NCBI GenBank assembly: GCA_012295275.1
Contig: CM022671.1
Span: 21,142,001-21,206,000 of the forward strand
Source of the DNA: Chrysomallon squamiferum
Taxonomy: Eukaryota; Animalia; Mollusca
Direction of reading: 5' to 3'
Length of the DNA: 64,000 nucleotides
The position numbers and the translations under genes were made by a program. This document shows, one piece after another, positions 56,551 to 64,000 of the stretch. The notes below the pieces were generated by a model. The model was not told the origin of the DNA and ran no database searches. It worked only from the letters and a program-made list of their open reading frames with translations. Numbering within the stretch: position 1 is the stretch's first letter; each line of letters starts with the position of its first letter.

Positions 56551-56877
56551 GGTAACAAATAACAACAATCAAAGCATGTGATCGACAATAATATATATAT
56601 ATTTTTTTTAATTATTTTTTTTTTAAAGAAGAAAAAACGTGTTTGCTTTTTTTTTTTTATCGAACTCCGATTTGTGACAAATATTGAAATAAGGGAGATA
56701 ACCTTAAAGTTTAAAAAAACTAAAGCCTTGACCTGCAACTACTTTCATTTTCCATCAACACTACCCCAAAATAATATAATATTATTACGCTATAAAATTA
56801 CCTCACTTTGCCTTTATGAATTTTACATAAATATTAACTTCATAAGCTGATGAAAAATTGCACAGTCCATTAAACAT

Positions 56878-56995
56878 TTCAAAGGAATTGAACTACGGTT
56901 AGCTACACTTCAAAGGATGCGCCTTTTCAGACCAATCCGATATCTCCCATTTCAGTTCCACCAATCAGTTCATTTTGTGACATAAGGCGGAAGCT
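56878..56995. promoter_or_regulatory. Bidirectional cell-cycle promoter (two CCAAT/NF-Y boxes, CDE-CHR tandem, second CHR, ETS site)
   Basis: CCAAT at 56932-56936 and 56961-56965. Minus-strand GGCGC-atcc-TTTGAA at 56923-56909 (CDE + 4-nt spacer + CHR), second TTTGAA (minus) at 56878-56883, and GGCGGAAG at about 56986-56993. Lies between the divergent PRR11/lyase and SKA2 starts. Confidence 0.75.
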
Positions 56996-57006
56996 TAGTT
57001 TCCAAG

Positions 57007-60000
57007 ATGGAGAAGGAGGTAGAAACTCTAGAGGCGATGGTTAGATACTTAAGTTTTTTAATATGTTTTCATTGATATATATTTTTTTGAAACAGTAAAT
57101 AAGCATATAAATATTTCATGCACAAATATAAATAATATATGATTTGAGTCAGTGGCCAAAGCCGATTTCTTCATTAAGTCATTACACGATTAATATTATT
57201 TTATATTTATCAATAAATGAACAATTTTTCACGATTACGACGGATTCTGTTGCTTAGTATTGTCAGCTTAGGCTTAGATTTAAATCATCAGAAAGTGTTG
57301 TAGTCATTCATTGACTGCCAGGATTAAGTCAAAGTTTGCTAAAAATTTAAATCTTCAATATTTTACTATTTATATTTGTCAGATAAAATAAATAAATAAT
57401 AAAATAAAGAAAAATGTTAACTGTATTTCAATAACTATTGATAATTTTTTTTTTTTAAAGATAATTCAAACTGATCTATAATTTGTTAACATCAGTAATA
57501 TATATAAATTTATGAATTTAGAAATTTTGTCTTTGTTTATTTCAGTTTAAGAAGGCTGATTCTGATCTGAACTATCTGTCAAGGAAACTCAAAAATGAAT
57601 TTGAAAATGCCGAAAATGTCAATGAGCAGGTGAAATTACAGTTACCATTGTATTACAGTTACCATTATATATATATATATATATATAAAAAAAAAATTCA
57701 TAATGGAAATGGATCTTGAACAGAACTAAATTAATTTATGTAATGGTAAAAGAATTATATATATATATATATATCGTCTCTGTAAATGTTTTGATGCAGA
57801 ACGGGTTTTGACACACCTTTGTTAAATAACAATTCGCATAATCAACAAAAAAAAAATGTGATGACAAATGGTGAATATTTTTTTTACCTCCCAAAATAAA
57901 GCAATGCTTCCTATTCACATGTTTGCAGTAAGATTAAATAATTAACATAACCATATAGCTAAAAGTACTGTTTTTCATAAGGCACTTTTTAGCCATACAT
58001 AAACAACCCAGATTCTCCAAAGTTTCACAATGAATTTCACTCACAAACTGCACAAAAGACTGCCGTTTGCTAACAGTCAGAAAACTATTAAACAATTAGA
58101 AGTTATTGTTCTTGGATTTTGACCAATGACAACTCATTTAGATGTTCTCCATCAAAACAATTACTGCATTAAAAAGGTAAAAATGTTACAGTATACACAT
58201 ACTAACTAGAAACAAACAAAAACTTGCAGTATATATTGAATTTAATGTTTACATTTTAATCATGTATATATATTACATTATGTCTCTGTCAATAATAATA
58301 AGAAAAATGTGAGAAAATATATATATATACCTCTGTGTTTGAATGAGTTAAAAAAAATAATTTTAGTTAATAATTTTCTTGTGTTTTAATATTTTTTCCA
58401 TAATACTTAAATTGTTTTATGTTTAGTGTTTACATGCACCTTTCAAACAAATGGTCATGTAATCCAAAAAAGCTATACTCTTTTTTATGAACAGAATATA
58501 AACCAGTTCTAAACAGTATGTGGAGCACAGTATTTCTACATTGTATCTTTATGTATAAAGTGTTATTTTTAATTTATCATAATTGTAGATGAACCCAGTA
58601 AAAATGCTGCAGAAGATTGCAGAAATAAAAAAGGAATATGCAGGGATTGTCCAAGAAGCAGCTGAAATTCATAAAACACAACAAGTATGTTTTACACTAA
58701 TTTTCTTCATGTTTTGTTATCTACATTTCATTCCCTTGATTTCTGTGATTTTTATATCTTATATTGAAAAAAATTATTAATTAGGTAATTATAAAGTATA
58801 ATAAACAGTAATAATTAAAATATTTTATTTGTGGCATTAGAAATAAAGATTTAAAAAATTAAAAAATAAGATTAAACTAATGGAACAATTTGGGTTGAAT
58901 TTACAAAGTCTGATTTTCTTAAACACAAGTATTCATCTGTTATAAATGTGTCTTTTGATACACTTAAGTAAGATCATAATTATTTCAAGATAATAGAATG
59001 TCTGCTGTTACCGGATTCCTTAATAATAATTTAAATATATTATATAAAATCAGTGAATGTTTTGTTCAGTATCATGTTGTGAATTACTGTGCCAGTTTCT
59101 GATATTGCTGTACAGTTCTAAAAAGCATTGATTCATGTTTGACAGTATCTAAATTTCTCTGAAAATGTAGAATTAAAGATATGAAGAAAATATATATTGT
59201 ATATGTAACTTCATTCTGGTTTATTATATTTCAGGAGGCAATGGATTATTTCCGATCTCAGCTGTTAGCAGCTTGTCAGATGTTGCAGAAGTTGAGTGAA
59301 AAAACAGGATCTGAGGTAAAAACTCATAACACCTGAGACTAAATTAAAAAAGAGAAGAAATAAAAACAAATTTCTTAAACAGTTATTACTAATATCTGCA
59401 GACACAAGTCATTTTGTTTATTAAATATATTTTGAAGGAAAAAATGATTACACTTTTCATTTAAATTAATATATAATATCATAAATATGAAAACAAAACT
59501 GATTCATTAATGTGAAAGTTAATTCTGTAGGTATGATGTGAAAAAATGTACACATACTTGTACAGGAGTATATTATAATGGTAAATTGATATTTTCTTAG
59601 TTTTTTAATTGTATGTGTGGCTTTATTCAAGGAAATGGAACAACCTGAAGCTTTAGGACAGCTAGAGCAGATGTTGGGAATTGATTTATCACAAACACGC
59701 TCTGAAGAGAGACCAAGTAGCTCTGAACCTGTTCAACAAGGGGGAGATAAATCCAATAAGTCTGATTGTGCTGAGAGTGTTGTACCTCCCAAAACAAGTT
59801 CAGTATCAAGTTAGTAACAGTTCTTACACAGACTAGTATTCAGATTCTCATTTATTATTCTTTATTTATTTTTACATTTTTAGTTATTTCATTAGATTTA
59901 TCTTATTATTTATTTTTTTTTTTTATTTTTTTCATTTTTTGGCTAAATTATATGATCTTTTTATGCCACTACATTAGAAATGTATGTATATATGTATGTG

Positions 60001-62284
60001 TGTGTGTATGCACACACACACACACACACACACATATATACATACACACACACACACACACATGCACACACATACACACGCACACATATATAATTTGGTT
60101 TTGAAATAACAACTAAAAATAAAATGAAAAAGAAATATATTTTTTATTTATGTTTTGTGATTTATGCACATAATTTAATTTATTATTTTTTTTGATATAT
60201 ATATATATATATTCTGGAGAAAAAAGTATAGATAGTGACTTTTTGTATTTAGTGCTAAATTTGGTTTATTTTTATAAATGTGTTTCAGGTTGTACAGTCA
60301 GTCGATCTCTTTCTCCAGTTTCCAGACAGGCAGGTTCTCAGCAGTGCATTGAAATTACTCAGTCAGAATTTGAATCTGTTTCAACTCTTGTCAGAAGAAG
60401 GCTAAAACTAGCTGATGTTAACACTGTATGTTCAAGTTCCTCATTTAAAAAAATGTATATATATATATATATATTTATTTATTTATTTATTTATTGTTTT
60501 AAAATTTCAGGTTAAAACTTTATGATATAACAGCTTTTTGTTAAGGGCAGTATAGAAAAGATTCATAAAAGAGAAATTAAAAAAAAAAAATTCATTTTTG
60601 TTTTACGTTTCAATTAAAGGAAAATTGGTTTACTTCCTTTTTTTAAATGTAGTATTCAGTTATACTGAAGTCATATATATAAGCAATGAACAATATATAT
60701 GAAGGATATAAAATGAGTATAAAAATAAAGTATTAAATTGTGCATTTTGATATATGACATGGTAGCAGTTGTTATGATACAAAACATAAGAAATCTCTTA
60801 AGCTAATATTTGTCATTATTACCTTGTTAATATTTAAGTATAAATAAAGATTTATATGCGAGTTTGATATCGGAGTTAACAGAAACGAACAGATATGTCT
60901 TCTTGTCTAAATGAATAATGTTTGATATCTCTCTTTCAGGTTTATAGCAAAATATGGAAGCATTTCAAAGAAGAAGGGAATAGGTAAAATAATGTCAAAT
61001 TTTCACTAATATTGTAACTGAGAAATGAAAATACACACTTATCCACTGAGTAAAAATACCAGTGAATGAGAATCTGGATATCTGTCAATAGTAATTTATT
61101 AGAAGTACTATTTATTCATGTAAATATATCTGTTTAAATTTAATTTAACATAAGTAATTTTTATTCAAGTAAATATGATGTTTAAGTTTTATTTTTTTTA
61201 ATTTGAACAGTATTTTGAAGCTATGTTATCATAAATATTAATATAATGCAAGTAATATTTATTCACATAAATATATTTAAATTTTAATTGTTTAATTTGA
61301 ATTGTATTTTGAAACTGTTTTATGGATATCTGTAAATAGTAATATTAATTCATATAAATATATCTGTTTAATTTTTATTTTATTTTTTTTTTATCAATAA
61401 ATTGTAATTTAATACAAATACTATTTTGTGATGTAAATATAATATGTGTAAATTTTAATTTTTTAAACTTTATTAAGTGGATATCTGTACTTAGTAATTT
61501 TTATTCATGTAAATATAATGTTTGTTTTAGAACTCCACTCGGCACATCAGAAATGTACAAGATGGGTTGGAAAGTAACTGGTGCTACAGGAGAAGCAAAA
61601 TTAAAAGTAAGTATTTTATAGATAACCATTATCTCTTTTTGTTTTCAGGTTATCTATTTCCTGTGAAATTTTAATCTGGACAGGAAAATGAAAATTCTGA
61701 TTTGCTTACAATAATCAATAATAGTTTATTGATAAAAAAAAAAAAAAAAAAAAAAATAACAATAACATCTGTTTGTTAAGTAATTAAATACTTGTAGTTC
61801 ACATTGTAACCATGACAGTTAATGTGTTGAAGATCAGATGCTTTTGATGATGATGATGTAAAATATGTTACTGGTAGTTTTCATGCAAGCCTGAGAGACT
61901 TGGAAGCTATTTCTTGAATTTCACTGAGACAATAATGTTCGTTTGATAGTAAGAATTAAAAGTTAAAATTTTTCTATTATATTTGTAATCAAAGTGATTC
62001 ATAATCCTTCAGTGTTTTTAAGGAATATTAAATTTTAATTCAAGTTCATATAATACTGTATTTTATTCTTATTTATTGCATTTTATTTAATAATGTTTTT
62101 TAAAATATTTCAAAGTTTGATTTGTCATTTTGCTTTCTGCCTATTCATTTCTATTATATATAAAACAGCACAGACAACCAAATTAATTTTATTTTAAGGT
62201 ACTAATTTTAAACTTTTATTTCAGGTGCTGAGAGCATTAAAACTTATTAAGTTATCGTCAAAAGGAGATGTTACATTATCATAA
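57007..62284 (+). CDS. SKA2: Spindle and kinetochore-associated protein 2 with C-terminal extension (about 262 aa)
   Basis: Exons 57007-57039 (MEKEVETLEAM), 57546-57629 (FKKADSDLNYLSRKLKNEF), 58589-58684 (MNPVKMLQKIAEIKKEY), 59235-59315, 59632-59809, 60289-60425, 60940-60983, 61531-61606, 62225-62284 (TAA). The N-terminus matches SKA2 as recalled ([22 protein letters not shown]...NPVTLL); head-to-head with PRR11. Confidence 0.9.
61075..61520 (+). repeat. Intronic degenerate minisatellite in SKA2
   Basis: Recurrent ggatatctgt...agtaatttttattcatgtaaatat...tttaaattttaattt units. Confidence 0.6.
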
Positions 62285-63635
62285 ATAGTTCTGCAGACAT
62301 TCACAGCACATAGTACTGTATTTCATCACTCATGTAATAGGAAACTAAGAAATTATTGATTTACAAGCTACAGCTTGGAAATACTTTTTGCAATATGAAA
62401 AGTTTAAAATAAAATCTGTCACAGGAAGCAACAAAAATTAACCCATAGAGAGTAATGGATTTTGTAACCATTTCTGAACAGATGATGTAATTATTCCTGA
62501 GCTATTTGTACATTAATAAACAGACAGTGGAAACAAATATTATACAAATAATAAGTAATTTGACAGATATTAACAGCATTATTCTTTGAAAAGAGATTAA
62601 TTTTCTCTTCATTCTGGTTAATTTATTTTTTTTTTTTTTTTTTTTTTCAGTGCAATTTGTAGTTTGCATCTATTTGCAAATTTGTATATTGTTCTATTTG
62701 TGCAATTAAAGCTGCAATTTGTTTTTATTATTAAATTATAAAAAAAAATTGTTTTGGTATAATACTCTGTGTTGTGTTATTATACATACAGTTTGATAAA
62801 AACTGTTTACAGATGGTTTTGCTGTGTGATACAGTCTGATAATCTGGAAAGTTTAGTATAGTTAAAAATAGTAAAAAGAAAGTCAATAATCAGACATTTG
62901 CATTAACCAAGGAAAGAGCCAGCAGCAGAATGTTAGTATCTTACAGTCTCAAGGATAACGTAGATATACTTTAGTCATCCTTATTAATGTACATTTAGTA
63001 AATACTGATATTTTTATTTACAAATATATATATATATATATATTTGAAGGTAAAAATTATGTGTTCGTTATGTAAGCTTATCTATATACATCTATCTTTT
63101 TCTCTCTCTCTCTAGACACAGCCAGACACAAACAAACATACATTTAATATGGCAAATATTAGCATTTTTACGTACAAAACCACAGACAAAACCTCTTTTA
63201 CTTATACACTGAAGGTAGATAACAGTGCTTCTGAAACATTGGGGTTCGGGGTGGTCAGATTTTTCCATCATGTGAGACAGAGACAGTATTCCTATGTCCT
63301 GAACTTCAGTCAATGCCCAAAAGTGTATAGTATTACAATTCCTAGTTGTAGCTCGCTGATTTTTACGGTTTCTTGAAATATGAATACAGTTTAACATTTT
63401 GTTTAATAATAGTTTGTTCTGTATTTACTTAGGTTTATATACATTTTTATTTACTTTATATAAAAAAAATAATCTTTATAACACACAATCAAAAAAGTAG
63501 ATTTGTAAAATTTTATTAATTAAATCAGAATTAGTACAAAGAGCCAATGTGACTTAACGCTTTTTTTTTTAGTTTTAATTTTTAATTTTTTTTTTTTTTT
63601 TTTTTTAGTTCATTTTTTTTTTTTTTTTTTTCATT

Positions 63636-63787
63636 TTAAGACATCATATCACTAAGATAATCAGAAGTGATTCTGAAGTTTAACCCTTTCTCCTCCATGA
63701 CTGGCAAATGTTTGTCTTTTATGTACATCAGTTCAACACACTCCATCAATGTCAGGCCGCATGTTGTTACGTGAAATGTCTGCAGGT
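63636..63787 (-). CDS. Probable terminal coding exon of a gene extending beyond the window (possibly FBXO39-like paralog)
   Basis: ttttcag acceptor followed by phase-1 ORF xLQTFHVTTCGLTLMECVELMYIKDKHLPVMEEKGLNFRITSDYLSDMMS*. Size, phase and the L..F/L.V...GLT pattern resemble the last exon of the F-box gene at 47386-47528. Confidence 0.5.
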
Positions 63788-64000
63788 CTGAAAATAACAA
63801 ATTTATAATGATAATGAAATAGCAGATATCATAAATTTAATATGGGGGAAAAAATGAAGAAGAGAGAAACAGACAAATAAATAAAAAAATATATATATAA
63901 AAAAAATGAAAAAGGTTTGGTAATACGAATATTTGATCAATCGACACCAGCCGATTTATTCGCGTAAACATTTAATTTTTTTTTTTTTTTTTTTTTTAAT

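Noticed and set aside
55249-56568. Lyase ORF as bacterial contamination, and the TTG start at 56568
   Set aside because: It is contiguous with host-like AT-rich flanks and has host-like composition; accATG at 56550 is the better start.
63092-63397. ORFs of 101 aa (-) and 75 aa (+)
   Set aside because: No recognisable motifs or clear splice context; probably UTR or intergenic.

Overview
AT-rich, microsatellite-laden eukaryotic (invertebrate; mollusc-like by inference) genomic DNA with GT-AG spliced genes, not a prokaryotic window. In order: (1) the 3' part of a giant cadherin gene (+, 1-23250; about 30 EC linkers visible, SEA/MAD-like juxtamembrane region, TM helix and a CDHR3-like cytoplasmic motif), which carries a 1-nt frameshift near 5091; (2) RPAP3 (-); (3) TMEM229-like (+), head-to-head with RPAP3; (4) an uncharacterised coiled-coil + C-terminal death-domain gene (+); (5) an FBXO39-like F-box/LRR gene (+); (6) PRR11 (-) and (7) SKA2 (+), arranged head-to-head around a CCAAT/CDE-CHR cell-cycle promoter as in vertebrates; (8) an intronless fold-type-I PLP C-S lyase ORF (Egt2/L-cysteine desulfhydrase-like) wedged between that promoter and the first PRR11 coding exon, apparently inside PRR11 intron 1; (9) a probable terminal exon of another gene at the right edge. 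The most striking items are the nested lyase in the PRR11-SKA2 unit, the SKA1-like C-terminal domain on SKA2, and the giant CDHR3-like cadherin with two-domain periodicity. Exon structures were read by hand and family calls come from remembered motifs; no database search was run.
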